Shown here in pieces: positions 1-8,655 of a stretch of DNA of 32,055 nt. Where the stretch lies: contig JAKRSG010000063.1 of the NCBI GenBank assembly GCA_022402405.1, positions 1 through 32,055 on the forward strand, written 5' to 3'. The position numbers and the translations under genes were made by a program. The notes under the pieces were generated by a model. It was not told the origin of the DNA. It ran no database searches and saw nothing but the letters and a program-made list of their open reading frames with translations. The number at the start of each line of letters is the position of its first letter. Position 1 is the stretch's first letter. The DNA comes from Bacteroidia bacterium (GTDB lineage: Bacteria > Bacteroidota > Bacteroidia > UKL13-3).

Positions 1-1494
1 TTGTGTTAAATGATAAAAAGGCTGAACACTCCAAGAATAATTTCTCTTTTCTTGTCGCACATTGTATTCTAACTGCCAACTTTTTTCTTTGTGTAAGTCG
101 GGGTTACCTAAATAATCAAAAGCATCCATAGGAATAAACAAATAAAACCCATATCGCTCGTTGCTACTAGGGTTTCGTTCGGCATAACCCATGCTAATAT
201 TTTGTCTGAACCCACCTTTATGCTGCAGGCTATGAATCCATGCAAAGCTTTTTAGATGGTTTATTTTAGCTTGAAGGATATCATGGTTGAAACCCACCCA
301 AGATTCTGCTCCAATACTTGGTTCAGCATAATGTTTTACATAATCTATACGACCATGAAAACGCATTTGGTAGTTTAAAGTAACATCGTAAGCATACTGA
401 AAAGCCAAGCCAGCGTTCTGAAGAATGCTGTTAGGTAAGGTTTGCATAAACATGATTGGATCGGTATTATTGGGATACATGGTCATGTCTGCACGCATAA
501 AATTCTGGTGTACATCTGCCCTTACTTTAAGTTGGTGACGATTTTTAGCTAATGAAATTTCGTTATAGGCACCAAATGTTCTGCTCCAGCTGGGCATATC
601 CATATGCATAGGAACAAATTCTCTTTGTGTGTCATCCATTTCATGATAGATATCGTTGGCATACAATTTTAACTCATTACTTTTAATAATTCCTTTTCCG
701 TCTGCATACAAATAGGAGATAGAGCCAATATGCGCATTAGCAAGGCCAACATCCATGGGCAATGCAGGGTATCCCATATTACGGCCCCAATCGCCCAAAT
801 AGCTGAATCTTACTTGATAATTACTATCTATTTGCACCTGATAAGAAACAGCCATATTTAATTTTTCATAAGCACTGTATCTTATTCTTCCGCTTGGTGC
901 AAAATAGTCGCCAGCCTTTCTGTAAGTACCGCTTATTCTAAACGCATCTTTGGGCCCCGATTTTTCTACCGCAAAACTGGTTGCTATTCCATTGTTATTA
1001 GTAGAGTAGGATTGCACCACTTGGGCCAACCATTGTGTGTGACAAAGCGTATTAGGTGTTTTAAAAGAAAGGTTGATGTTTCCTCCAATTCCTCCACCAA
1101 CAAAGTTTCCTGAGGCGCCATGTGCAGCAGAAATGTTTTGTAAGTTTATTGGTTCAACATAAATAGAAACGGGGTCCATTTTATCTGGACAAGCGCCGTA
1201 AATTCGCATGCCATCTATACTTAAAGTAATCTGGTTAGCACTATAATTTCTGAGAGTAGGTTCCATTCCGTAGGCACCTCTTCTTATCAAATTTACTCCT
1301 TCCATTCTAGCCAAAATTTCCTCGGTGGTAGTAAGTTTGGAACTTTGGTAAAAGCTCAACTGATCTTTTCCTGGCGAACTTTGGATAGTAAGTTCGTTTA
1401 ATAAATGATTTTTGGTGGAGTCTGTTTGAGCCAAAAGCTTTACTGCTGGAAAAAGAATTCCCAGCAGTAAAGTATAAAATAAAACCTTTTTCAT
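1..1494 (-). CDS. TonB-dependent outer-membrane receptor, N-terminal 498 codons (C-terminus lies beyond the window edge); candidate NosA/OprC-type copper receptor
   Basis: This ORF is absent from the ORF track because it runs off the window. My translation from ATG 1494..1492 reads MKKVLFYTLLLGILFPAVKLLAQTDSTKNHLLNELTIQSSPGKDQLSFYQSSKLTTTEEILARMEGVNLIRRGAYGMEP..., a signal peptide followed by a TonB-receptor plug. I spot-checked the frame at 1494-1140, 840-781, 660-591, 300-241 and 60-1 and it was open at each. It contains DGMRIYGACPDKMDP (C-x3-M, about residues 102-106) and VPMHMDMP (about residues 295-301). The start overlaps the stop of the upstream gene by 1 nt. Confidence 0.8.
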   Translation of the reverse strand, partial: MKKVLFYTLLLGILFPAVKLLAQTDSTKNHLLNELTIQSSPGKDQLSFYQSSKLTTTEEILARMEGVNLIRRGAYGMEPTLRNYSANQITLSIDGMRIYGACPDKMDPVSIYVEPINLQNISAAHGASGNFVGGGIGGNINLSFKTPNTLCHTQWLAQVVQSYSTNNNGIATSFAVEKSGPKDAFRISGTYRKAGDYFAPSGRIRYSAYEKLNMAVSYQVQIDSNYQVRFSYLGDWGRNMGYPALPMDVGLANAHIGSISYLYADGKGIIKSNELKLYANDIYHEMDDTQREFVPMHMDMPSWSRTFGAYNEISLAKNRHQLKVRADVHQNFMRADMTMYPNNTDPIMFMQTLPNSILQNAGLAFQYAYDVTLNYQMRFHGRIDYVKHYAEPSIGAESWVGFNHDILQAKINHLKSFAWIHSLQHKGGFRQNISMGYAERNPSSNERYGFYLFIPMDAFDYLGNPDLHKEKSWQLEYNVRQEKRNYSWSVQPFYHLTQ

Positions 1495-2339
1495 TAGAAG
1501 GTTATATCAAAGAAAATTTGGTCGGTTAAGAGTTTGCCGTTTTTAGATAATTTAAGTTGAATGCGCCATAAGCCTGTCATGGTAAAATTTAACTTACCAG
1601 TATAATGACCATTAGCTGTATGAGTAGGGTTTACATTATTAGGAGACCCATGACCCATAGTTGGCATGGTTGGAATCATTTCGATGGTATAATCTGTGAT
1701 AGCAGGAAAATCCATCATGGTATTTCTTTTGTGGATGGTAAACTCGGCATCGTTCATGCCTACTTTTCCTTTAGATGGAAGCACAAAGCTTACAAATATT
1801 TTAGCGCTATCGTCTTCTACCATAACACTCGAAAACAATCTTTTTGGTGAGGCATCTTTTACTTCTACCTCTAATTCACCTTCACCCTCTAAGTCGTTTT
1901 TATGATTGTGGTATCCAATATGTAAATACCATTTGCCCATACCTGCAGTTGGCATTATAAATACAAGAGCGCTGCTATATAGATTGCTGGCAGGATCAAT
2001 ATCTTCATTTTCCTCTATCGGACAACTATGTTTCATCATACCCATATCCATCATAGCTCCAAAATGAAAATGACCATCTGTTAATCTGCTACCATCAACA
2101 GAATCGTACATGGCTACATAGATTTTATTGTAACCTGTAAATAAGGCTTGTTCAGAATATACAATAGCCTTGGCTTTTGCCCCTAAAACGTAGGTTTCGC
2201 CAATTTTTACCATTCCAGCTGGTGTTATTGGAGTTTGATTGTTAGGTGTTTCGTTAGAAGGTTTAGACTCTTCTTTTTTACAGGCAACCGCGCCCATTAT
2301 TACGCCCATTATTAGGGCTAATTTTAAAATTGTTTTCAT
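1494..2339 (-). CDS. Met/His-rich lipoprotein with two YtkA/FixH-like repeats (candidate periplasmic copper-binding protein)
   Basis: 281 aa with a lipoprotein signal (MGAVAC). Met/His clusters include GHFHFGAMMDMGMMKHSCP, MPTAGMGKWYLHIGYHNH and MIPTMPTMGHGSPNNVNPTHTANGHYTGKLNFTMTGLWRIQLKL. The pattern M-x-M-x-HGS...G-x-Y-x-G...M-x-G-x-W resembles the YtkA-like domain. The gene is translationally coupled to the TonB receptor. Confidence 0.6.
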   Translation of the reverse strand: MKTILKLALIMGVIMGAVACKKEESKPSNETPNNQTPITPAGMVKIGETYVLGAKAKAIVYSEQALFTGYNKIYVAMYDSVDGSRLTDGHFHFGAMMDMGMMKHSCPIEENEDIDPASNLYSSALVFIMPTAGMGKWYLHIGYHNHKNDLEGEGELEVEVKDASPKRLFSSVMVEDDSAKIFVSFVLPSKGKVGMNDAEFTIHKRNTMMDFPAITDYTIEMIPTMPTMGHGSPNNVNPTHTANGHYTGKLNFTMTGLWRIQLKLSKNGKLLTDQIFFDITF

Positions 2340-2399
2340 GAAAATATGTGTTAAATTAAATGGAATAAAAACCTTGCAAAAAATGGATAGAATATGTTT

Positions 2400-2792
2400 C
2401 TAGCATGATTTTGTAGTAGGTGGTTTTATTAATTCTAACACATGAGGATGAAGAAGGTCTGTGAAATATCTATGGAAAGATAATTTTTTATTTACAGGGA
2501 AAATAGGTTCAACCAACATTTGCTTAAAACAAAAAACTAAGGCTATTTCTGTAATTTCTTTTTTGTTGTTGGTTGGTAAGTTGTTTTCAGGTGCCGGATC
2601 TTCTACCTTTTCTAGCTGTTCATTTAATACACAACAACCTTTACAATCCTGGCGCTTTTCGTTTTCTTTATTAATACAAAGCTCCGCAGCAATCGCATCT
2701 TGGTTAGCCTTGAACCAAATGTACAAAGCACTTTTGCTCAAGACAGGTAGCAAGATTAATAAGGTTAACAATATGCTTAGGAAGCGTTTCAC
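2400..2792 (-). CDS. Hypothetical small membrane-anchored Cys-rich protein
   Basis: 130 aa with an N-terminal hydrophobic anchor (FLSILLTLLILLPVL) followed by ELCINKENEKRQDCKGCCVL (C-x11-C-x2-CC). It is co-directional with nosY and starts 45 nt after its stop. No function is recognisable. Confidence 0.5.
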   Translation of the reverse strand: MKRFLSILLTLLILLPVLSKSALYIWFKANQDAIAAELCINKENEKRQDCKGCCVLNEQLEKVEDPAPENNLPTNNKKEITEIALVFCFKQMLVEPIFPVNKKLSFHRYFTDLLHPHVLELIKPPTTKSC

Positions 2793-2837
2793 AATGCGAA
2801 GTTAATTAATTGGTTTTTATTTTTTACATGATTTTAA

Positions 2838-3605
2838 TTAGTAATCTTTTTTTAAGAATTTTTTTACTGCAAAACTTAAAGGGAATCCAATCCAAAGTAA
2901 GAGTACAATATATATTATGGTTGAACCTAAACTTGATCCAATAAATTTCTCCATTATGGCACCTGTTAATCCCATAAGTGCTGAAATGTCTATCTTAAAA
3001 ATAAATAATATTCTGCATAAATCGATTGGGTTAAATAAGCTTAATGTAATGCCATATTTTTCTATTGGATATTCGCTCATAGTCTGAATTAACATCAAAA
3101 TTATGCCATCATAAATGGCTAAGAAATAAATACCAAGCAAAATACTAGTACCAATTCCTTTTACTTTTTCATCTATCGAAAAGGCAATCCAATTGCTAAT
3201 TGCAGAGAATATGAGTGTTAGAAATGTGCTATTCACCATAATTGAAAACAAAAATGAGCCATCCGAAAACAATACTAATGCCAAGCCAATAGCACTTAAC
3301 TGAACTAACAATAAGGCGAATACATTAGATAAAAACTGACTAAAAAAAATATATTTTCTTTGAATTGGTTGGGTTAATAAGAGTCGGATAAAGTCTGTTG
3401 ATTGGTAGATGTGACTTACAGTATAAATCATCACCACTATAGGAATAAGAATAAGTAAGGTATTATGAATTCCAATTATGGCTTTGTCTTGATCGTTTCC
3501 AAGTGTGAATAATCCAACACAAATCACAAAAAGCAATACACCATAAACCAGCATGAACTTACTTTTAAGTATATTTAGGGTAAGATATTTTGTTATTTTT
3601 ATCAT
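2838..3605 (-). CDS. nosY: NosY, ABC-2 type permease of the NosDFY complex
   Basis: 255 aa, very hydrophobic, with about 6 TM segments. It overlaps nosF by 4 nt (ATGA) and holds the canonical position after nosD-nosF. Confidence 0.8.
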   Translation of the reverse strand: MIKITKYLTLNILKSKFMLVYGVLLFVICVGLFTLGNDQDKAIIGIHNTLLILIPIVVMIYTVSHIYQSTDFIRLLLTQPIQRKYIFFSQFLSNVFALLLVQLSAIGLALVLFSDGSFLFSIMVNSTFLTLIFSAISNWIAFSIDEKVKGIGTSILLGIYFLAIYDGIILMLIQTMSEYPIEKYGITLSLFNPIDLCRILFIFKIDISALMGLTGAIMEKFIGSSLGSTIIYIVLLLWIGFPLSFAVKKFLKKDY

Positions 3606-4312
3606 GATTTGATTTCTTTTTCAAGCATAATTTCGGCAATTGTTTTACCTAATTTCTGCTGACCATTTTTCTCTTTTAGGTCGTTTATAGTTTCAAAGAA
3701 TAATACTTTTCCTTCCTGTAAAAACAATACATGAGAAGCAATTTCATCTAAATCGTTTAAGATATGAGAGGTTATAAGAATGGTTTTATTCTCTCTTTCT
3801 TGTGTAATTTTATCCTTTAATATTTCAGAAGCTACGGGGTCTAAACCAGCAGTTGGTTCATCCAGAATAAGTATTTCTGGGTTAAACATAAATGCTAGAG
3901 CTGCGCTTACTTTTTGTATGGTTCCGCCACTTAGCTGACCTAAATTTTGATGTTCTATTTTTTTTAAGGCAAATTGTTCGAAGAGTTGTTCATCGAGATT
4001 TTTAACGTCTCTAATTTCTTTCATCATTTCGAAAAGCTGGGCTAATTTCATGTTCTCTGGGTACCTTCCCATTTGAGCCATGTATCCAATTTTGTTGCGG
4101 TATTCCGGACCTGCTTGAATAGATTTGCCTTCAATTAATATATCGCCTGTTTGAAACTCTGTTAATCCTAAAATGCACTTGATTAAAGTGGTTTTGCCAG
4201 TGCCATTTTGCCCAATAAGTCCGGCAATCATGCCCTTTTTAAGCTCCACATTTATGCCTTGCAATACGGAGTGTTTGCCGTATTTTTTATGTAAGTTTTG
4301 AACGCTTATCAT
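3602..4312 (-). CDS. nosF: NosF, ABC transporter ATP-binding protein
   Basis: 236 aa with Walker A GQNGTGKTT, ABC signature LSGGTIQK and Walker B ILILDEPTAGLD. It overlaps the nosD stop by 1 nt. Confidence 0.9.
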   Translation of the reverse strand: MISVQNLHKKYGKHSVLQGINVELKKGMIAGLIGQNGTGKTTLIKCILGLTEFQTGDILIEGKSIQAGPEYRNKIGYMAQMGRYPENMKLAQLFEMMKEIRDVKNLDEQLFEQFALKKIEHQNLGQLSGGTIQKVSAALAFMFNPEILILDEPTAGLDPVASEILKDKITQERENKTILITSHILNDLDEIASHVLFLQEGKVLFFETINDLKEKNGQQKLGKTIAEIMLEKEIKS

Positions 4313-5565
4313 TAAATTTTTCTCATTAAAGGGTAGTCGTCTTTTAAGTTTTCTGGTGTTAAAGATGGTAATATTTTTTCTAATACATTCAGTAAGTCTG
4401 CCAAGAAACTTTGTAATAAAATAATAGTGCTTGGATATTCTTCTATTATTCCTGTTAACATATTCATGGGTCTGTAACTTAAATCGCCCATGCCATCTTT
4501 ATTTAAATCGTAGCCTTGATATTTGTCCCAATAATTATGTTTTAAGGTGTTTAACACTGTAAAACCATTGGTTGCATAATCAAAGGTGTTGGTCATAAAA
4601 TTGTTGAACCTAAAATTATTATCGTCGCAGCTGGCTTGCATGCGAAGGGCATAACCATTGTTCGAAAAATGATTGTTTATAAAGTCTGCTCTACTGCACC
4701 CATCCATAAAAATGCCAACTGTATTTTTATCAAAATTATTCTTGTAAAGCTTGCTATCACGAATGTCCTTCAGTAATATTCCATACGAAGAACTACCCCA
4801 GTTTTTATCAAATTTATTCTTTACCATCATAATAAATTGGCTATACATAACGGCCACTCCAGCGCCATTAGCCGCAAAGGTGTTATTGTAGTATGTATCC
4901 GAATCAGAAAACATAAAATGCAAACCGTATCTAAGATTGCCTTCACTATGATTGTTGGCTATGATAGAGTGCTTTACAAATTCAAAATAAATACCATCTC
5001 TTTGTTTTTTAATATTATTGCTAAATATAAAGTTATGTGCAGATTTCCAACAATGAACGCCGTTTCCAACATGGTTTTGCTCTCTGTTTGGTCCGGTAAT
5101 TTGGTTGTTTTGAACCAAACAATAAAAAGAATTAGATAAATAAATCCCAAAGAAATTATTTTCCAGCACATTATTTAAAATTCGCGCAAAACTCTTTTCG
5201 TAAACCTTTATTGCTGCAATATCTTCTAAGTCGGAGAATCCTGAATTTATGAGTTTAAATCCGTTTATGGTAACACAGTCAGAAAGAATTGAAATTATCT
5301 CATGTTTTAGTTCTCCATCCAAAATGGGAAGGTTTTCGCCGATGAGAGTAAGTGGTATCTTAATATTAATATTTGCCTCTTTGTAGTGCCCAGCTTTTAC
5401 CAAAATAGTATCGAATGCATTGGCCTTGTTAATGGTTTCTTGTATTGGTGTCTGACCTGACATAGGTTCAACCAGCCATTTTTTACCATAAACAGATGGT
5501 ACGAGGAATATTATAAATAAAAATAGAATAAACTTATTCATGAACAATTTCTTCTGATTTGCCAC
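4312..5565 (-). CDS. nosD: NosD, periplasmic parallel beta-helix copper-centre maturation protein
   Basis: 417 aa with a signal peptide (FILFLFIIFLVPSVYG) and repeated N-x-I/F-x-x-N-x-x-G-I beta-helix repeats. It lies between nosL and nosF. The track start at 5565 is GTG. The ATG at 5541 (MNKFILF...) gives an 8-nt overlap with the nosL stop and is at least as likely. Confidence 0.9.
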   Translation of the reverse strand: MANQKKLFMNKFILFLFIIFLVPSVYGKKWLVEPMSGQTPIQETINKANAFDTILVKAGHYKEANINIKIPLTLIGENLPILDGELKHEIISILSDCVTINGFKLINSGFSDLEDIAAIKVYEKSFARILNNVLENNFFGIYLSNSFYCLVQNNQITGPNREQNHVGNGVHCWKSAHNFIFSNNIKKQRDGIYFEFVKHSIIANNHSEGNLRYGLHFMFSDSDTYYNNTFAANGAGVAVMYSQFIMMVKNKFDKNWGSSSYGILLKDIRDSKLYKNNFDKNTVGIFMDGCSRADFINNHFSNNGYALRMQASCDDNNFRFNNFMTNTFDYATNGFTVLNTLKHNYWDKYQGYDLNKDGMGDLSYRPMNMLTGIIEEYPSTIILLQSFLADLLNVLEKILPSLTPENLKDDYPLMRKI

Positions 5566-6526
5566 TTTCTTTTAAGCCAGGAAATAAGATAGGAATATTT
5601 TCTTTATTCCTAAAAAATGCCAAGCCGCTGCCCATCGGGCTTTTAATGTTTTCATTTTGCACATAAAAGGTTTGGTTCGAACCAATTAATTTTCCTGGGT
5701 TATCTACTGCCACCACAAAGTTGGATTGTATACTTGGATTATTTTCTTTAACATACAGTTCATAGCAATGGTAATCGTCGAATTTAAATGTTTTGCCTTT
5801 TTGAGTTAGAATAGCCATTCCAAATTTGGTGTCCATGATTTTCATTTTGCAATAATCGCAATCATCTTTTCCAAAATTAATTTCTGAAACAGAAGATGAG
5901 CAAGAACTCAAAAAGCCAATAAGTAGGAGAGAGGCAACGGCATTTACTTTAGATAGTTTTCTTTTTTTTATCCATTCAAAAGCCCAGGCAGAAAGGGCGA
6001 TGATCCCTACCAAAACGATAAGCCAGCCTCCTATAGCTGGAAGAGAAAGTGCCCTAAAGTTTAGTAAATCTTTATATCCTAAAACAGGAGGTTGATATGA
6101 CATTCCTGGAACATTTATAGGTGCGGTTGGGTCTAGATTATGACCATAGTCGTAGCCCCAACGGTAAAAATCAGCGAGGGCTATAATGCCTCCTAAAATA
6201 CAAAGTATTGAAAAGGCTTTTAATAAGTTGTAATTGCCAATAGCGGCAACAATAACCCCAAGTATAATAAAGGTTATCAGAACATATTTTAAAAAAGTGA
6301 ATTCTGGAAACATCTCGGGTTTAATATGTCGCATCCCAATATAGTGGTTTAACCCATTTATAATATCTACATCACCTTTTACATCGTTATACCAAATGGT
6401 GATAGATAATCCTTCTGGATATTGTGGGGCGTATAGAAATATCTCCCATAGAGGTAGATATAAAGATGCAATTACAGCAAGACTCGATATTCCTAAGGCT
6501 ATTCTGAAATACAAATTAAATTTCAT
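5534..6526 (-). CDS. nosL: Fusion ORF: N-terminal 4-TM membrane domain (in the position of the clade-II nos membrane gene) joined to a C-terminal NosL copper-chaperone lipoprotein domain
   Basis: 330 aa. Residues 1 to about 190 carry four hydrophobic segments (LPLWEIFLYAPQYPEGL...). Next comes KKRKLSKVNAVASLLLIGFLSSC, which is a complete lipoprotein signal peptide without a Met. This is followed by the NosL-like DCDYCKMKIMDTKFGMAILTQKGKTFKFDDYHC. The junction sits on an A8 run (see findings). Confidence 0.75.
   Translation of the reverse strand: MKFNLYFRIALGISSLAVIASLYLPLWEIFLYAPQYPEGLSITIWYNDVKGDVDIINGLNHYIGMRHIKPEMFPEFTFLKYVLITFIILGVIVAAIGNYNLLKAFSILCILGGIIALADFYRWGYDYGHNLDPTAPINVPGMSYQPPVLGYKDLLNFRALSLPAIGGWLIVLVGIIALSAWAFEWIKKRKLSKVNAVASLLLIGFLSSCSSSVSEINFGKDDCDYCKMKIMDTKFGMAILTQKGKTFKFDDYHCYELYVKENNPSIQSNFVVAVDNPGKLIGSNQTFYVQNENIKSPMGSGLAFFRNKENIPILFPGLKESGKSEEIVHE
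5962..5969 (-). other. A8 homopolymer (T8 on the plus strand) at the membrane-domain/NosL junction; candidate indel or slippage site
   Basis: The minus strand reads GCT TTT GAA TGG ATA AAA AAA AGA AAA CTA. TGA-ATG is present in the -1 frame immediately upstream (5978..5973). Confidence 0.7.
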
Positions 6527-6535
6527 GTTATTAGT

Positions 6536-6568
6536 TTAAAACCAACAGCCTTAAGAAGGCTGTTGGTT
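6536..6568 (-). terminator. Perfect 13-bp stem-loop between nosZ and the nosL fusion gene (partial terminator, attenuator or mRNA-stabilising hairpin)
   Basis: AACCAACAGCCTT-aag-AAGGCTGTTGGTT at 6540..6568. On the minus-strand RNA it is followed only by UUUUAAAC. Confidence 0.35.
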
Positions 6569-6640
6569 GGTTTTTTATTGGGGTTTTATTCGAGTGAGTG
6601 AACTAATGAATTAGTTTATGAATGTTTCTAGGCATTTAAA

Positions 6641-8629
6641 TTATTTAGCAGGTGCTGGTGCAACTTTTCCGGTAGAGAAGCTTAATGGAACATTAGAACC
6701 TGCTGGCGAAACTCTAACGTATCCTTGCATTTCTTGATGCAAAGCTGAACAGAAGTCGGTACAATACATTGGGAAAACACCTACGCGGTCTGGCGACCAT
6801 TTTAACGTAGCTGTTTCGCCTGGCATAATTAATAATTCTGCATTGTTAGCACCTTTTACAGCAAATCCATGTGGTACATCCCAATCTTGCTCTAAGTTTG
6901 TTACGTGGAAGTAAACTACATCTCCCATTTTAACACCTTCAATATTATCTGGTGTAAAGTGTGAACGGATAGAGGTCATCCAAACATGTACTTCGTTTCC
7001 TTTTCTTTCTACCTTGGCTTGAGCTTCTCCTTTAGCAGCATATGGATGTTTGTTCTCTTCTATTTTGAAGATTTTAACACTGTTTTTAGCTACTAAATCT
7101 GCTGGAATAGCTTCTGCATAGTGAGGTTCGCCAGTAGTTGGGAAGTCTAATAATAACTTCATTTTTTCACCTTCAATGCTGTAAAGTTGTGCCGACTGAG
7201 TAAGTTCTGGTCCGGTAGGTAAATAACGATCTTTGGTGATTTTGTTATAAGCAATCACATATTTTCCCCAAGGCTTTGTTGTTGGTCCGCCCGGTACGCT
7301 TAAGTGACCAATAGAATAATAAGTAGGAACACGGTCAACTACTTCTAATTTTTCTACGTTCCATTTTACGATTTCAGAGGAAACGAAGAATGAAGTATAA
7401 GCAAAACCATTGGCATCAAACTCCGTATGCAAAGGTCCAAGGCCTGGTTTTTTAACTTCGCCATGTAATACGGCATCGTATTTTAACACTGGAATACCTT
7501 GGTAATCGCCTTCAAAAGTTTTAGCTTCGATAGCTTTAGTAATTTTATCAAAAGAGAATACAGGGATAACAGCGGCTAATTTACCTGAAGCTACAATGTA
7601 TTTTCCGCTTGGGTCAACATCGCAGCCATGTGGTGATTTAGGGCATGGCATAAAGTATACTAAACCTTCGTATTCTTTAGGATCTAACATGATAGATTCT
7701 GTTAAGATTTCGCTTTTTGCAGAATGTGTTTCATCGCTATAAGTGTTGTGTGCATAACGAACTTTTTTCTTAGTTCCTTTACCTTGTTTAACAAGCTCTT
7801 CACATTTTTTCCAGTTTACAGCCATAACAAAGTCTTTATCTTTTTGTGAAGCGTTTACTTCTAATAAAGTATTAGCTTGCTCAGAGTTATAACAAGAGAA
7901 AAATACCCAGTCGCCAGAAGCTTTTTTACCAGCACGAGCTAAGTCGAAGTTCATACCTGGTAATATAATTTGGAAACTTAAGCTCATGTTACCAGATTTT
8001 GGGTCAATACCAATAAAGCTAACCGTACCTTTAAAGTTTTCTTTGTAGGTGTCTATAGATACATCTGGATTGCTGGCAGCGTCGTCCATAGGGTAACTAA
8101 AACGAGTACCAGCCACAACGTATTCAGAGTTTTGAGTAATGAATGGAGAGCTATGGTTACCGCTCGAATTAGGTATCTCAATAATGTCTACAGTGCGGAA
8201 TGTTTTTAAGTCGATACGAGCAATACGTGGAGTATTGTTAGCATTAATAAAAGCCCATCTTCCATCATGAGCTCCCTCCGAAACAGATAGAGCAGGGTGA
8301 TGCGAATCATCCCAAGGCACAAATCCATGTGAAGTATTTAACATAGGTTTGGTTTCTTCGCTATATCCATAACCAGAGGTTGGGTCAACTGAAAATACTG
8401 GAATAATTCTGAATAATCTGCCAGAAGGTATTCCGTATACCGACATCTGTCCGCTGAAACCACCCGATACGAAGTTGTAAAACTCATCGTATTTTCCAGG
8501 CTCTACGTATACTTTAGAAGCTGCATCTTTGTTTGAACCGGATTTTGCACCTTTGTCTTTGCAAGCACCAAACATAGTTACTACCATAATTAGCGCTACG
8601 GTAATAATCTGAATTGATTTTGTTCTCAT
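6641..8629 (-). CDS. nosZ: Nitrous-oxide reductase NosZ, clade II (Sec/lipoprotein type)
   Basis: 662 aa. The N-terminus MRTKSIQIITVALIMVVTMFGAC has no twin-arginine motif. It carries the CuZ histidine motif WDDSHHP and the C-terminal CuA motif CTDFCSALHQEM. Confidence 0.97.
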   Translation of the reverse strand: MRTKSIQIITVALIMVVTMFGACKDKGAKSGSNKDAASKVYVEPGKYDEFYNFVSGGFSGQMSVYGIPSGRLFRIIPVFSVDPTSGYGYSEETKPMLNTSHGFVPWDDSHHPALSVSEGAHDGRWAFINANNTPRIARIDLKTFRTVDIIEIPNSSGNHSSPFITQNSEYVVAGTRFSYPMDDAASNPDVSIDTYKENFKGTVSFIGIDPKSGNMSLSFQIILPGMNFDLARAGKKASGDWVFFSCYNSEQANTLLEVNASQKDKDFVMAVNWKKCEELVKQGKGTKKKVRYAHNTYSDETHSAKSEILTESIMLDPKEYEGLVYFMPCPKSPHGCDVDPSGKYIVASGKLAAVIPVFSFDKITKAIEAKTFEGDYQGIPVLKYDAVLHGEVKKPGLGPLHTEFDANGFAYTSFFVSSEIVKWNVEKLEVVDRVPTYYSIGHLSVPGGPTTKPWGKYVIAYNKITKDRYLPTGPELTQSAQLYSIEGEKMKLLLDFPTTGEPHYAEAIPADLVAKNSVKIFKIEENKHPYAAKGEAQAKVERKGNEVHVWMTSIRSHFTPDNIEGVKMGDVVYFHVTNLEQDWDVPHGFAVKGANNAELLIMPGETATLKWSPDRVGVFPMYCTDFCSALHQEMQGYVRVSPAGSNVPLSFSTGKVAPAPAK

Positions 8630-8655
8630 ATATTTTTAAATTGGGTTTTACTTAA

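Noticed and set aside
1605-2805. Plus-strand ORFs 1605..1850, 1696..1905 and 2461..2805
   Set aside because: They are antisense to better-supported minus-strand genes that have signal peptides and operon-style coupling.
4837-5171. ORFs 4837..5139 (+) and 4974..5171 (-) inside nosD
   Set aside because: One is antisense to nosD and the other is an alternative frame of it. nosD has strong repeat-motif support, so these are frame artefacts of AT-rich DNA.
6641-8629. Looked for a twin-arginine (Tat) signal on NosZ
   Set aside because: None is present; the N-terminus is MRTKSIQIITVALIMVVTMFGAC. This is expected for clade II NosZ, so it is not an anomaly.
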